DNA of 64,000 nt. Source: an uncultured delta proteobacterium (lineage in GTDB: Bacteria > Desulfobacterota > Binatia > DP-6). Below are positions 10,357 to 21,242 of this stretch, piece by piece. Every line of letters starts with the position of its first letter. Positions within the stretch are counted from its first letter, which is position 1. Location: contig CAWFFN010000012.1 in NCBI GenBank assembly GCA_963815115.1, forward strand, positions 576,001-640,000, written 5' to 3'. The translations under genes were made by a program, and so were the position numbers. The notes beneath the pieces were generated by a model. That model searched no databases, was not told the DNA's origin, and saw only the letters and a list, made by a program, of their open reading frames with translations.

Positions 10357-10853
10357 GCGAGGAGGGAGTCAGCCGGCGCGGCGTCCTGCTCACCCTGGGG
10401 ATCGCCCTCAACGCCGTCGCGGCGGCGCTGCTCGCCGTGCCGCTGCTGGGGTTCATCCTGTCACCGGCACGACGCTGGTCATGGCAGCGGTGGGTGCCGC
10501 TCGGGCCCGTGTCCGACTTTCCGGAGAACCAGACACGGCTCGCCACCTATCGAAACCCGTTCTCGCGTCCCTGGGACGGCGAGACGGCGAACATCCCGTG
10601 CTGGGTGCGGCACGTGTCGGGTGACGAGTTCCTGGTCTTCGCCATCAACTGTACCCATCTCGGCTGCCCGGTGCGCTGGTTCGAGGGCGCCGGTCTGTTC
10701 ATGTGCCCGTGTCACGGCGGGGTCTACTACTCCGACGGCGAACGGGCGTCGGGGCCGCCGCCGCGCGCGCTCTACCGCTACGAGCACAAGCTCGAGAGCG
10801 GACAGCTCTGGGTGCTCGGCGGGCAGCTGCCCACGCTGTCGGAGCACGTCTGA
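10353..10853 (+). CDS. Rieske iron-sulfur protein (QcrA/PetC-like)
   Basis: SRRGVL Tat anchor, CTHLGC and CPCHGG boxes; ATGA overlap. Confidence 0.93.
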   Translation: MSEEGVSRRGVLLTLGIALNAVAAALLAVPLLGFILSPARRWSWQRWVPLGPVSDFPENQTRLATYRNPFSRPWDGETANIPCWVRHVSGDEFLVFAINCTHLGCPVRWFEGAGLFMCPCHGGVYYSDGERASGPPPRALYRYEHKLESGQLWVLGGQLPTLSEHV

Positions 10854-10854
10854 C

Positions 10855-12312
10855 ATGGAGCCGCTGCGCGCGTTCGCCGACTGGATCGACCAGCGCCTGG
10901 GCCTCGGCGAGCCGCTCGCCGAGGTCGCCGGGCACCGTGTCCCGCGCGACACGGCGAGCTGGTGGTACGTCTTCGGCAGCGGGACGCTCGTCCTCTTCAT
11001 CATCCAGGTCGTGACCGGCATCTGTCTCGCCACGGTCTACGTTCCCTCGGCCGCCGGCGCCTGGCAGAGCCTCGAGGTGCTCAACTACGAGCAGCCGCTC
11101 GGCTGGTATCTCCGCGCCGTGCACGGCTGGGGCTCGAACTTCATGGTCGCGATGATGAGCGTCCACGTCGCCCAGGTCTTTCTCTTCGGCGCCTACAAGT
11201 ATCCGCGCGAGCTCACCTGGATCGCCGGGGTGTTCCTGCTGCTGTGCACGCTCGGCATGGCGTTCACGGGGCAGGTCCTGCGCTTCGATCAGGACGCCTA
11301 CTGGGGCCTCGGCATCGGGGCGGCGATCGCGGGGCGGATGCCGCTGCTCGGGCGCGAGGTCGTCCACCTGCTGCTCGGCGGCCCGATCATCGCGGGCGAG
11401 ACCCTGTCGCGCTTCTTCACCATGCACGTCTTCGTGGTGCCCGGGCTCCTGATCGCCTTCGTCCTGGTGCACCTCCTGCTCGTGCTCCGTCTCGGCGTCA
11501 ACGAGTGGCCCATGCCGGGCCGGGTGGTGAGCCGCGCGACCTACCGCCGCGACTACGAGGAGCTGGTCAAGCGCGACGGGGTGGCGTTCTTCCCGCACGC
11601 AGCGAAGCGCGACATCGTCTTCGCGGGAATCCTGATCTGCGCTGTGCTCGCATGCGCCGCGATCTTCGGGCCCTTCGGGCCGAACGGCCAGCCCGATCCC
11701 ACCATCATCCAGACCACGCCGCGCCCGGACTTCTACTTCCTCTCGCTGTTCTCGGTCTTCGCGCTCCTGCCGCCGTGGACCGAGACCGTCCTCATCCTCA
11801 CCGCGCCGGTGCTCGGGATCATCGCGCTCTTCGCGCTGCCGTTCATCTCCGGCACCGGCGAGAAGAGCTGGCTCCGCCGCCCCGTGTCGGTCCTGGGCAT
11901 CGTGCTCGTCTTCCTGACCCTGGCGACGCTCACCTGGCTCGGGCTCTCCTCGCCGTGGTCGCCGCACATGGAGGCGTGGAGCGAGGCGCCGACGCCGGTC
12001 GAGTACGTGCGCGGCCGCTCGCCGCTCGAGCTGCAGGGTGCGCTCCTGGTGCAGAGCAAGCAGTGCCGGAACTGCCACGCGCTCGGCGGCGAAGGCGGCC
12101 TGCGCGGGCCCGCGCTGGACGACGTCGCCACGCGGCTCACGCGCGACCAGCTGGTGCGTCAGATCATCCAGGGCGGTGGCAACATGCCGGCGTACGGCAA
12201 GAACCTGAGTCCGGCCGAGGTCACGGCGATCGTCGCCTTCCTGCGCACCATGCACCCGCCGGAGCAGGCGCCGGCGCAAGACGCCTCGCAGCTGCTGCGC
12301 TCCGCCCGCTGA
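10855..12312 (+). CDS. Cytochrome b with fused C-terminal cytochrome c
   Basis: Heme-b His pairs (RAVHGW...SVHVAQ; TMHVF...LVHLL), PDFY Qo motif, CRNCH. Confidence 0.93.
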   Translation: MEPLRAFADWIDQRLGLGEPLAEVAGHRVPRDTASWWYVFGSGTLVLFIIQVVTGICLATVYVPSAAGAWQSLEVLNYEQPLGWYLRAVHGWGSNFMVAMMSVHVAQVFLFGAYKYPRELTWIAGVFLLLCTLGMAFTGQVLRFDQDAYWGLGIGAAIAGRMPLLGREVVHLLLGGPIIAGETLSRFFTMHVFVVPGLLIAFVLVHLLLVLRLGVNEWPMPGRVVSRATYRRDYEELVKRDGVAFFPHAAKRDIVFAGILICAVLACAAIFGPFGPNGQPDPTIIQTTPRPDFYFLSLFSVFALLPPWTETVLILTAPVLGIIALFALPFISGTGEKSWLRRPVSVLGIVLVFLTLATLTWLGLSSPWSPHMEAWSEAPTPVEYVRGRSPLELQGALLVQSKQCRNCHALGGEGGLRGPALDDVATRLTRDQLVRQIIQGGGNMPAYGKNLSPAEVTAIVAFLRTMHPPEQAPAQDASQLLRSAR

Positions 12313-12314
12313 CG

Positions 12315-14498
12315 TTGGTCGTGGGTTCCGTGGCGCAGGCGGTTCTCGCGTCGTGGTCGCTCGCTCCCGGGCTCGCCGCCGTCCTGCTCGTGCTCGCCAC
12401 GCTCTATGTCCGCGGCTGGGGCGTGTTGCGCCGCCAGATGCCCGAGCGCTTCCCGGCCTGGCGGCTCGGCTGCTTCCTCGTCGGGCTCGCGACCCTCTAC
12501 GTGGCCGTGGCCTCGCCGATCGACGCCTTCGCCGGCCTGCTGCTCCAGGTGCACATGCTCCAGCACCTGCTGCTCATGATGGTCGCGCCCCCGCTGGTCC
12601 TCCTCGGGGCGCCGGGAGTGCCGCTGCTGCGCGGGCTGCCGCCCCGCCTGGCGAAGGACGCGCTCGGGCCGTTTCTCGCCTGGCCAGCGCTGCGCCGCGT
12701 GGCGGCGGCGCTCACCCATCCCGTGGTGTGCTGGTGCGGGCTCGTCGCGGCCACCTGGCTGTGGCACCTGCCCGCCCTCTACCAGCTCGCGCTCCGCAGC
12801 CCCGCCTGGCACGCCGTCGAGCACGCGACCTTCCTGTCGACGGGCCTGCTCTTCTGGTGGCCGGTGGTGCAGCCGTGGCCGAGCCGCGCTCGCTGGCCGC
12901 GCTGGACCATCCCCCTCTACCTCCTCCTCGCCGACGTGCAGAACACGATCTTCTCCGCCCTGCTCGCGTTCTCCGAGCGCCTCTTCTACCCCGTGTACGC
13001 GGGCGTCCCCCGGCTCGGCGGTCTCTCCGCGCTCGACGATCAGGTGGCGGCTGGCGCGCTCATGTGGGTGCCGGGGTCGATCGTCTTCCTGGTGCCGACC
13101 GCGCTGATCACGGCGCGCCTGCTGTCGCCGCAGCCGCCCCCGCTGCCCGCGGCGGCTCGCCGGAGCGTTCACGTGCAGCGATCGCCCCGCGACGTGCTCC
13201 GCATCCCCGTGATCGGACCTGCGCTGCGCCAGCCGCTCGCGCGGCGCGCGGCGCAGGCGGTGATGCTGCTCCTCGCCGCCGCGGTGGTCGCCGACGGACT
13301 GCTCGGACCCGCGATGAGCCCGATGAACCTCGCCGGCGTGCTGCCGTGGACGGGCTGGCGTGCGCTCACCGTGCTGGCGCTCCTCGTCGCCGGCAACGTC
13401 TTCTGCTTCGCCTGTCCCTTCATGCTGCCGCGGGAGCTGGCCCGCCGCATCGCCGCGCCCGCTCGCCGGCTTCCCCGCCTGCTGCGGACCAAGTGGCTGG
13501 CGATCGGACTGCTGATCGCCGGCTTCTGGGTGACGGAGACCTGCGCGCTGTGGGATGGACCGCGCGCCACCGCCTGGCTGATCGTCGGGTACTTCGCCGC
13601 TGCGACGATCGTCGATTCCACCTGGCGGGGCGCGAGCTTCTGCAAGTACGTCTGCCCGATCGGACAGTTCCACTTCGTCAGCTCCCTCGTCTCGCCGCTC
13701 CAGGTCCGCGCCCGGGCGCCGGCGGCGTGCGCGTCCTGTACGACCCACGACTGCCTGCGCGGCAATCCTGCTCGGCGGGGCTGCGAGCTCGACCTCTTCA
13801 TGCCGCGCAAGGTCGGCAACCTCGACTGCACGTTCTGCCTCGACTGCGTGCATGCCTGCCCGCACGACAACGTCGGCCTCTTCGTCGCCGCTCCGGGAAG
13901 CGATCTCGTGCACGATGCCCGGCGCTCGTCGATCGGGCGGCTCTCGCAACGGCTGGACGTGGTGGCACTCGCCGTCCTGCTCGTGGTGGCCGCCTTCGTC
14001 ATGGCGGGCGTGATGGTCGTGCCGGTCTCCGCGCCGTGGCTGCTCGCCTTGCTGGCGGCTGCGCCGATCGCGGTGGGGGCGCTCGTCCTGGTCGCGCCGC
14101 CTCGCCGCGCGCGGGTGAGCCGCTTCGCACTCGCGCTCGTGCCGCTCGGGGTGTCGATGTGGGCGGCGCACTTCCTCTTCCACCTGCTCACCGGCTGGCA
14201 CGCCTTCGCCCCCGTCCTGCGGCGCCCGCTGGCCGACCTGGGACTTCTCGATCCGCCGAGCTGGACGGCCGCGGCGGGCGCGGTCGCGCCCGGCGGCGTG
14301 CTCGGGCTCGAGCTGTTGCTGCTCGACCTCGGGCTTCTCCTGACGCTGTGGGTGGTCTGGCGCGTGGCCCGCGATCGCGGCCCGGGCCCGCTCGCACCGC
14401 TCATCCCCTGGGCGAGCGCCGCGACGGCGCTGTGGGCGGCCGGCGTGTGGATCGTCTGCCAGCCGATGGCGATGCGGGGGATGATGTCGCATCCGTGA
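12315..14498 (+). CDS. CtaG-type caa3 assembly factor fused to membrane 4Fe-4S polyferredoxin (NapH/CcoG-like)
   Basis: [32 protein letters not shown] (CtaG); [25 protein letters not shown]; start TTG 12315 or GTG 12321. Confidence 0.82.
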   Translation: MVVGSVAQAVLASWSLAPGLAAVLLVLATLYVRGWGVLRRQMPERFPAWRLGCFLVGLATLYVAVASPIDAFAGLLLQVHMLQHLLLMMVAPPLVLLGAPGVPLLRGLPPRLAKDALGPFLAWPALRRVAAALTHPVVCWCGLVAATWLWHLPALYQLALRSPAWHAVEHATFLSTGLLFWWPVVQPWPSRARWPRWTIPLYLLLADVQNTIFSALLAFSERLFYPVYAGVPRLGGLSALDDQVAAGALMWVPGSIVFLVPTALITARLLSPQPPPLPAAARRSVHVQRSPRDVLRIPVIGPALRQPLARRAAQAVMLLLAAAVVADGLLGPAMSPMNLAGVLPWTGWRALTVLALLVAGNVFCFACPFMLPRELARRIAAPARRLPRLLRTKWLAIGLLIAGFWVTETCALWDGPRATAWLIVGYFAAATIVDSTWRGASFCKYVCPIGQFHFVSSLVSPLQVRARAPAACASCTTHDCLRGNPARRGCELDLFMPRKVGNLDCTFCLDCVHACPHDNVGLFVAAPGSDLVHDARRSSIGRLSQRLDVVALAVLLVVAAFVMAGVMVVPVSAPWLLALLAAAPIAVGALVLVAPPRRARVSRFALALVPLGVSMWAAHFLFHLLTGWHAFAPVLRRPLADLGLLDPPSWTAAAGAVAPGGVLGLELLLLDLGLLLTLWVVWRVARDRGPGPLAPLIPWASAATALWAAGVWIVCQPMAMRGMMSHP

Positions 14499-14534
14499 GC
14501 CCGCGCGCGCTTGCCGGACCGCATCCGACGTGCC

Positions 14535-15506
14535 ATGAGCCGACTCGTCGTGGCGCAGGCGCGCATCGTCGAGACGACGGTCGACGGCTTCATGGCGCGC
14601 AAGCTCGTGTCGCCGAGCGGCACGCTGGACGCGACGTTCGTGGTGGGCGCCGGCATGGTCGGCAGCTCGCTGCGACACGAGGGGGCGGAGCTGCTCGACC
14701 CGCGAGGCGGCGTGACACGTTACGCCGCGCAGGGGGCGACCATGGGCCTTCCGCTGCTGCACCCCTGGGCGAACCGGCTGGACGGCCTTCGCTACGCCGT
14801 CGCCGGGCGGCAGGTCGTCCTCGGCCCCGACTCGGGCGTTCTGCACCTCGACGGCAACGGCCTGCCCATTCACGGCCTGCTGCCGGGACGCTCGCGCTGG
14901 GAGCTGGTCCACGCGGAGGCGACGCCCGCCGCCGCGCGGCTCGAGGCACGTCTGGTGTTCTCGCCCGACCCCGCGCTGCTTGCGGCCTTCCCGTTTCCGC
15001 ATCGGCTGCAGCTCGGGCTCTTGCTGCGCGACGACGCGCTCGTGGTCGAGACCACGCTGGCGGCGGCCGGCGACGTCGCCGTGCCGGTGGCGTTCGGGTT
15101 CCATCCCTACCTGCGGTTGCCCGGCGTCCCGCGCGAGCAGTGGACGGTCGAGCTGCCGGTGCACGAGCAGCTCGTGCTCGACGCGCGCCAGCTTCCCACC
15201 GGCGCGCGCGAGGCGGTGCGCATCGATCCGGCACCGCTCGGCGAACGCACCTTCGACGACGCCTTCGTCGCGCCGCGCGACGCGGCGCCCTTCGTCGTCG
15301 CCGGGGGCGGACGGCGCATCGCGGTGGAGTTCGTGCGCGGCTACACGGTCGCGCAGGTGTTCACCCCGCCGCGCGCGTCCTTCATCTGCTTCGAGCCCAT
15401 GACGGCGCCCGCGAACGCGCTCGTGCGCGGCGGACCCGATCTGCGGCTCGTCGAGCCCGGAGAGCGCTTCACGGCCGCGTTCGCGATCCGTGTCGGGCGC
15501 GCCTGA
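14535..15506 (+). CDS. Aldose 1-epimerase family protein
   Basis: [25 protein letters not shown]. Confidence 0.88.
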   Translation: MSRLVVAQARIVETTVDGFMARKLVSPSGTLDATFVVGAGMVGSSLRHEGAELLDPRGGVTRYAAQGATMGLPLLHPWANRLDGLRYAVAGRQVVLGPDSGVLHLDGNGLPIHGLLPGRSRWELVHAEATPAAARLEARLVFSPDPALLAAFPFPHRLQLGLLLRDDALVVETTLAAAGDVAVPVAFGFHPYLRLPGVPREQWTVELPVHEQLVLDARQLPTGAREAVRIDPAPLGERTFDDAFVAPRDAAPFVVAGGGRRIAVEFVRGYTVAQVFTPPRASFICFEPMTAPANALVRGGPDLRLVEPGERFTAAFAIRVGRA

Positions 15507-15565
15507 CGAGGGCGTGCCACCGCGACCGGGGTCATGCTAGGAGAAGAGCCTCGGAGGTCGTCGTC

Positions 15566-16237
15566 ATGGCGGTGTTCGCGCGCAAGCTGAGGGTTCCGTC
15601 TGCCGCCGAGGCGCTGCCCGGCCGCACCGAGCGCATGCGCGTGCCGGCCCGGCACTTCGTTCTGGGCACCCCGCTCGAGCCGCCGTTCCCCGAAGGGCTC
15701 GAGCGAGCGGTGTTCGGCATGGGCTGCTTCTGGGGCGCCGAGAAGACGTTCTGGCAGGCAGACGGTGTGTACACCACCGCGGTGGGATACGCCGCCGGCC
15801 ACACCCCGAACCCGACCTACGAAGAGGTGTGCTCCGGCCTCACCGGGCACTCCGAGGTCGTACTCGTGGTCTTCGATCCACGACGCACGAGCTACGGCGA
15901 GATGCTTCGCATCTTCTGGGAGCACCACGATCCGACCCAGGGCATGCGACAGGGCAACGACGTCGGGACCCAGTACCGCTCCGGCATCTACTGGCACTCC
16001 GAAGCGCAGCGCGCAGCGGCCGAGTCGTCGCGCGCCGCGTATCAGCACGCCCTCGCAGCGAGCCGGTTCGGCACCATCACCACGGAGATCCTGCCTGCCT
16101 CCGAGTTCTACTACGCCGAGGACTACCATCAGCAGTACCTGGCGAAGAACCCCGCCGGCTACTGCGGGCTCGGCGGGACGGGTGTCAGCTGCCCGGTCGG
16201 ACTCGTGTCTGCGCCCGGCTCGGGCTCGGCGTCCTGA
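15566..16237 (+). CDS. msrA: Peptide-methionine (S)-S-oxide reductase
   Basis: [40 protein letters not shown]. Confidence 0.97.
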   Translation: MAVFARKLRVPSAAEALPGRTERMRVPARHFVLGTPLEPPFPEGLERAVFGMGCFWGAEKTFWQADGVYTTAVGYAAGHTPNPTYEEVCSGLTGHSEVVLVVFDPRRTSYGEMLRIFWEHHDPTQGMRQGNDVGTQYRSGIYWHSEAQRAAAESSRAAYQHALAASRFGTITTEILPASEFYYAEDYHQQYLAKNPAGYCGLGGTGVSCPVGLVSAPGSGSAS

Positions 16238-16309
16238 GCCGGACCGCGCTCGCTTGCTTCGGCACTCCGCGTCCGGCTCATCTCAGAAAACCGCCGGACA
16301 GGAGGGGAC

Positions 16310-16942
16310 ATGATCGATCTCTACACATGGACCACGCCGAACGGACGGAAGATCTCCATCATGCTCGAGGAGACGGGCCTTCCGTACAAGGTGATCCCGG
16401 TCGATCTGGGGAAAGAGGAGCAGATGACCCCGAGCTTCACCGCGCTCAACCCGAACCGCAAGATACCGACCATCGTCGACCACGACGTCCCGGGCGGTCC
16501 GCTCGCGCTGTTCGAGTCGGGCGCGATCCTGATCCACCTGGCCGAGAAGACGGGCCGCTTCCTGCCCAGGGACGTGCGAGCCCGCGCGCTCACGATGCAG
16601 TGGCTGATGTTCCAGATGAGCCAGGTCGGGCCGATGATCGGCCAGGCAGGGCACTTCGTGAACCAGGCGCCGGAGCGCATCCCCTACGCCATCCAGCGTT
16701 TCATCGGCGAGTCCGTGCGGATCCTCGGAGTCCTCGAGACCGCGCTGCGCGACCGAGAGCATCTCGCCGGGGACTACTCGATCGCGGACATCGCGACCTA
16801 TCCGTGGGTCACCGCGGCGTGGGGCCCGCTTCAGGCGACCTTGCCCGACGAGATCGGCAAGCTCGGCGGCGTGAAACGCTGGCTGGACCTGATGGCCGCG
16901 CGGCCGGCGGTGCAGCGCGGGATGGCGGTACCGGCCGCCTAG
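16310..16942 (+). CDS. Glutathione S-transferase (YfcG-like)
   Basis: WTTPNGRK, NPNRKIP, FESGAIL, YSIADIA; AGGAGG RBS. Confidence 0.92.
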   Translation: MIDLYTWTTPNGRKISIMLEETGLPYKVIPVDLGKEEQMTPSFTALNPNRKIPTIVDHDVPGGPLALFESGAILIHLAEKTGRFLPRDVRARALTMQWLMFQMSQVGPMIGQAGHFVNQAPERIPYAIQRFIGESVRILGVLETALRDREHLAGDYSIADIATYPWVTAAWGPLQATLPDEIGKLGGVKRWLDLMAARPAVQRGMAVPAA

Positions 16943-16972
16943 GCGTTGTCGCGTCTCGCGTGACGGGTGAAG

Positions 16973-17068
16973 TGGCGGAGAAGGGAAGGAGTCGAACCTT
17001 CCATCCCGCACCAGGCGGGACATCGCGGTTTTGAAGACCGGTGAGGCCACCGGGCCTCTTCCTTCTCC
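16973..17068 (-). tRNA. selC: tRNA-Sec (UCA)
   Basis: Reverse complement GGAGAAGG...CCTTCTCC-GCCA 8-bp acceptor stem, 6-bp D stem GAGGCC/GGCCTC, loop CTTCAAA, long variable arm, GAAGG-TTCGACT-CCTTC T arm; 96 nt. Confidence 0.95.
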
Positions 17069-17236
17069 ATCCGGGGAACGTCGCGGAGTAGCGTGCCTCC
17101 CGGGCGACGGCAAGGCACCCGGTCGCGGTCCGCGACTCTTGCCAGTACCTCGCGGCGATGCGGGGAACGATCACGACGTCGACTTTCCTACCCGCTCGAC
17201 TAGGGCTAGAATCCTTCCGACAAAGCTCTGCCCGTC

Positions 17237-17569
17237 ATGATTCCCGAGACCCTCGCACAGATTGAAGCCCGCGTCCGGCAGGCCGGATCGTTGTCCGAGG
17301 ACAACAAGGCCGAGTTGCTGAAGTTGCTCGCGGCGCTGAGAACCGAGATTGGTGATCTCGCCCAGACGAAGAGCGACGAGGCGCACCGGATTGCCGCCAT
17401 CGCCCGCATCTCGACCGAGGCGGCGATTCACGATCAGACCAATCCCGAATTGGTCAAGCAGTCGCTGGACCGGCTCGCGTCGACGGTGTCTGAATTCGAG
17501 GAGTCACATCCGCGGCTGGTGGAAGTCGTCAACCGTATCGCCACCATGCTCGCGGGCGCTGGTATCTAG
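17237..17569 (+). CDS. DUF4404 family protein
   Basis: Helical protein ending [24 protein letters not shown]. Confidence 0.8.
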   Translation: MIPETLAQIEARVRQAGSLSEDNKAELLKLLAALRTEIGDLAQTKSDEAHRIAAIARISTEAAIHDQTNPELVKQSLDRLASTVSEFEESHPRLVEVVNRIATMLAGAGI

Positions 17570-17778
17570 GCCCGCGACGGATGGTCAGGCGACCGTGGGG
17601 CGCGTCGGATGGCGCGCTTGCGCGCGGCGATGGCCTTCTTCTTCCGTCGCACGCTCGGCTTCTCGTAGTGCTCCCGCTTGCGGAGCTCCTTCAGGATACC
17701 AGCCTTCTCGCACTGCTTCTTGAAGCGACGGATGGCGCTGTCGATAGGCTCGTTCTCTTTGACCCGAATCCATGCCAT
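17566..17778 (-). CDS. rpsU: 30S ribosomal protein S21
   Basis: [37 protein letters not shown]. Confidence 0.96.
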   Translation of the reverse strand: MAWIRVKENEPIDSAIRRFKKQCEKAGILKELRKREHYEKPSVRRKKKAIAARKRAIRRAPRSPDHPSRA

Positions 17779-17796
17779 GCCCGGTACTCACCCCCC

Positions 17797-18399
17797 TCAA
17801 GGAAGAGGAACGCCAGATGAGAGGCTCACCTGGAGACACTTTTGGCGCCCGACACGCAACCGCCCGGCCAGGCCGTCACGGGCCATTGATCTGGTAGTGG
17901 AAAAATCGGACCCGCTCCCCTGGCGGCTGGCGTGACGTCGGGCTCGAGCAGGGTCGCCCTCGTCGAAGTACAGCGTGCCGGGCTCGTCGTCGGATTCCTC
18001 GTCCGGCTCGTCGTCCGAGTCCTCGTCGGGCTCGTCGTCGGGTTCCTCGTCTGGCTCGTCGTCGGACTCGTCGTCGGGCTCGTCGTCCGGCTCGGACACC
18101 ATCGCCTCGATGGTGCCGACGAGCTCGTTTCCCGGAGCCGGCCGGGACCCGTCGCGGCGACGGAGGGGGAGGTGGCCCATGGGATCACCGGCGCGGCTTC
18201 CCGATGGCGACGGTCTCGATGCGAGCCCCAGCGCGTCGCCGAGGCCGCCCTCGTAGGGCCGGCCCAGGGTCGGGCGATCTCGTTCCTCGACGATGGCCTG
18301 CACCCTCCCTTCGGCTCGCGCGCGCTCGGTCATCACCTTCCCAACCGTGGACGCCCTGAAGGATACCGTCGTGCCTCCCGCGATGGCGGCCTGGATCAC
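17797..18399 (-). CDS. Hypothetical protein with acidic (P/S)D(D/E)(E/D) repeat; start uncertain
   Basis: Open frame containing EPDDEPDDESDDEPDEEPDDEPDEDSDDEPDEESDDEP. Confidence 0.4.
   Translation of the reverse strand: MIQAAIAGGTTVSFRASTVGKVMTERARAEGRVQAIVEERDRPTLGRPYEGGLGDALGLASRPSPSGSRAGDPMGHLPLRRRDGSRPAPGNELVGTIEAMVSEPDDEPDDESDDEPDEEPDDEPDEDSDDEPDEESDDEPGTLYFDEGDPARARRHASRQGSGSDFSTTRSMARDGLAGRLRVGRQKCLQVSLSSGVPLP
17980..18095. repeat. 12-bp degenerate tandem repeat (about 9-10 units, consensus GGCTCGTCGTCG)
   Basis: Directly visible tandem units. Confidence 0.85.
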
Positions 18400-18637
18400 A
18401 CCAACCGCGCGCAGGCCAGTGAGCGCGAGGCGGTCTTGGGGGCTCCGCCGAGGTCAGCGGAGACGACGGGATCACGCTAGTCTCAACCGCACCCCCCGTC
18501 AAATTTCCGGCGCGACGGTCAGTGTGACGGCCCTGAGGGCGCTTCGCGCCGTCAGCACGCGCCGGGACACTCCACTCCCAGCCGTTCACAGCCCCCGCTC
18601 TGGCACGCACCCTGGGTCCGGAGCGCGCCCGGGAGCA

Positions 18638-18832
18638 TCAGGCAGCCTGGGACGTGAAGCTCGCGCCCAGCGCGTCGAGAACGTCCTTCGGCGAGCCAGC
18701 GACGTTGTAGACCTTGCCATCGACAAGGCGCATCGCGGTCGTGTGGGTCGACTCCCGGGCGACGCCGATGACGGCGCTCGGACGCAGCCAGATGTCCCCG
18801 TGGTTGGTCTTGAACTGGATGAAGTCGGTCAT
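18638..18832 (-). CDS. Small FlbD-like protein (64 aa)
   Basis: GAGAGGAG RBS; FIQFKT...IWLRPSAVIGV...LVDGKVYNVAGSPKDV pattern. Confidence 0.6.
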   Translation of the reverse strand: MTDFIQFKTNHGDIWLRPSAVIGVARESTHTTAMRLVDGKVYNVAGSPKDVLDALGASFTSQAA

Positions 18833-18845
18833 GGTCGGTCTCCTC

Positions 18846-19253
18846 TCAGTGGCCCGGTTGCTCACCGCTCGTCTGTGGGCTGGCGGTTCCAGCGGGAGAG
18901 GGTTCAGGTGTGACTGCGGTCATCGCGCCGTGGAGGGCTCCACTCATGGCGCCCTTGGCGGCGCCCGTCGCGGCCCCGACGAGGGCTTTTCGGACCGTGG
19001 TGGCGGCGTGCGCAATGGCGGCGCCCGCCCTCCTCGTGACCGTTTGCTTACCTGCCCGCGACTTCGTGCTCGTGCCTTTCGCTTGCTTCGCGCCGGCCCG
19101 CTTGGTGGCGACCCTCGTCGTCGCTCTCCTCTTGCGAGCGGGTGGCTTCTTGGCGGAAGGCTTCTTCCGCTTGGAGCGAACGGCTCGTGCTCTGGACGTC
19201 CTGCCTCGCGAGGCTGCGGCGCCTCTCTTCTTTTTCGGTTTTCGCGTCGGCAT
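18846..19253 (-). CDS. Histone H1-like Lys/Arg/Ala-rich basic protein
   Basis: AGGAGG RBS; PTRKPKKKRGAAASRG...KKPSAKKPPARKRR. Confidence 0.65.
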   Translation of the reverse strand: MPTRKPKKKRGAAASRGRTSRARAVRSKRKKPSAKKPPARKRRATTRVATKRAGAKQAKGTSTKSRAGKQTVTRRAGAAIAHAATTVRKALVGAATGAAKGAMSGALHGAMTAVTPEPSPAGTASPQTSGEQPGH

Positions 19254-19514
19254 GGCCATCTCCTCCTGCGCCGGGTGGAGCGCGATCGTCACGGCGCCTT
19301 GGCAACCCGCACGGGGACGAGCTGTCCCTCGCCGTCTTCCCCTCTTCTCATAGCTCTCCAGGGACGTCACCTGCCACACGCGGTTCCTGTCTTCTTCGGC
19401 CGTCGCCGCGCGCACTCGGTGATCGGGTGCGGGCTTGCCTTTTGGCGCCAGGTTCCCTCCAGACCTGGCGCGCGGTAGCGCCGCCTGGTAACTGATCTGG
19501 TGGAGGAGGCGCGG

Positions 19515-20330
19515 ATGCGGCGAGCAACGGCGATGGCGGTGCTGGTGGTCGGCGTCCTGTGGGTGGCGGTGGGGCATGCGCAGCGCAGGGAGCCTCCTGC
19601 TTCGCCCTTCGGGTACGCCGTGTTCTCCCTGGGTGACGTCCAGCTGCGCGACGGGGTGCGTGCCGTGGACGGGGACGTCGGCTCCAACAACGGCACCGCC
19701 AACGTCGGGAAGAACGTCCGCGTGGCGGGGTCGATCGTCGGCAGGACGGTCAAGCTGCGGCAGGGTGCCCGGCCCGATTCGCTCTTCTGCCTGCTGCTGC
19801 AGGGAAGCATCGCCGGCCTGTCCTGCCAGGCAGTCGACCTGCCAGTGGTCAACGCCAGCCAGCTTCCGCCGGTCCAGGTCGTACCCGGTGCCCAGGCGGT
19901 CAAGGTCCCCGCTGGCAGCAGCACGTCACCCATCCCGGCCGGCGCCTACGGCAATGCCAGGGTTGCCTCCCGGGCCACGCTGGTGCTGGAGGGCGGTGTC
20001 TACGTGTTCCGGTCGATCCGGGTGCGATCGCAGGCCCAGCTGCTGTGCGCCGCTCCCTGCCAGATCGGTGTCGCCGACACGGTCCAGGTACAGTCCAACG
20101 CCGTGCTGGGTGGCACCGGCGGCACGCGCGCCGAGGACATCCGCGTGAATGTCGCGAGGACATCCAGGAACACGGTGTTCTCGGCCGGCCAGCGCTCGAC
20201 TGTCTCCGCGGTCGTGTACGCGCCCGGTGGCCGTATCGAGCTGCGCCGGCGTGGCAACTTCGTCGGGTCGTTCGTGGGCGGCGTCGTCAAGGTCGACAAG
20301 GCCGCCATCGTGCAGGCCAGAAGCCCCTGA
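19515..20330 (+). CDS. Secreted beta-rich hypothetical protein (beta-solenoid/ice-binding-like)
   Basis: GGAGG RBS, signal peptide, GDVGSN, VVYAPGGRIEL...FVGSFVG motifs. Confidence 0.7.
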   Translation: MRRATAMAVLVVGVLWVAVGHAQRREPPASPFGYAVFSLGDVQLRDGVRAVDGDVGSNNGTANVGKNVRVAGSIVGRTVKLRQGARPDSLFCLLLQGSIAGLSCQAVDLPVVNASQLPPVQVVPGAQAVKVPAGSSTSPIPAGAYGNARVASRATLVLEGGVYVFRSIRVRSQAQLLCAAPCQIGVADTVQVQSNAVLGGTGGTRAEDIRVNVARTSRNTVFSAGQRSTVSAVVYAPGGRIELRRRGNFVGSFVGGVVKVDKAAIVQARSP

Positions 20331-20367
20331 CCTCGTCGAAACGTTGTCGCCACGGCTCTTCCGGTGC

Positions 20368-21189
20368 GTGCCGGCGCTCCTCGCCGTCCTGCTGCTCGTC
20401 GCGCGGGGGGCGCACGCCGTGGAGGGTGCGACCCGGCTCCCGGCCTCGGAGGACACCGCGAAGGAGCGACTCGAGCACTCCCCGCGCCACGGTGAGTTCG
20501 TCAACGTCGACGTGGCCGGCACGCCGGTGCGCGTGTGGGTGGTCTACCCCGAGCGCAAGGACAAGGCGCCGGTCGTCGTCGTGATCCACGAGATCTTCGG
20601 TCTGACCGACTGGATCCGCGCCGTGGCCGACCAGCTCGCGGCCGACGGCTTCATCGCGGTGGCGCCCGACCTGCTGTCGGGCAAGGGCGCGAGCGGCGGT
20701 GGCACCGAGGCGTTCCCGAGCCGTGACGACGCGGTCAAGGCGGTCTCGGCGCTGCCGCGCGACGAGGTCGTCACGCGGCTGAACGCCGTCCGCGATCATG
20801 CGCTCTCGCTTCCGGCGGCGAACGGCAAGAGCGCCTCGGCCGGGTTCTGCTGGGGCGGCTCGACCAGCTTCGCCTACGCCGTCGCGCAGCCCGCCCTCGA
20901 CGCCGCGGTGGTGTACTACGGTGCTGCGCCCGAGGACCTCGGGACGCTCGCGGCGGTGAAGGCGCCGGTCCTCGGTCTCTACGGCGGAAGCGACGCGCGC
21001 GTCGGCGCGACGCTCGATGCGACGCAGGCCGCCATGCAGGCCAAGGGCAAGTCCTACGAGCGCCACGTCTTCGACGGCGCGGGCCACGGCTTCCTGCGCG
21101 CACAGAGCGGACAGGACGGCGCCAACCTGCGTGCCACCCAGCAGGCGTGGCCCCTGACGCTCGCCTTCCTGCGCAAGCACCTGCACTAG
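20368..21189 (+). CDS. Dienelactone hydrolase family protein (exported)
   Basis: HEIFGL, GFCWGG, GAGHGF; start approximate. Confidence 0.9.
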   Translation: MPALLAVLLLVARGAHAVEGATRLPASEDTAKERLEHSPRHGEFVNVDVAGTPVRVWVVYPERKDKAPVVVVIHEIFGLTDWIRAVADQLAADGFIAVAPDLLSGKGASGGGTEAFPSRDDAVKAVSALPRDEVVTRLNAVRDHALSLPAANGKSASAGFCWGGSTSFAYAVAQPALDAAVVYYGAAPEDLGTLAAVKAPVLGLYGGSDARVGATLDATQAAMQAKGKSYERHVFDGAGHGFLRAQSGQDGANLRATQQAWPLTLAFLRKHLH

Positions 21190-21242
21190 CCGCTCCGGAC
21201 CGGGGTTGACTTCGTCGCCCGGCCGACCGTACCTCCGCCCCG

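Noticed and set aside
16973-17068. selC as the attachment site of a genomic island
   Set aside because: No integrase and no duplicated tRNA 3' end noticed in the window
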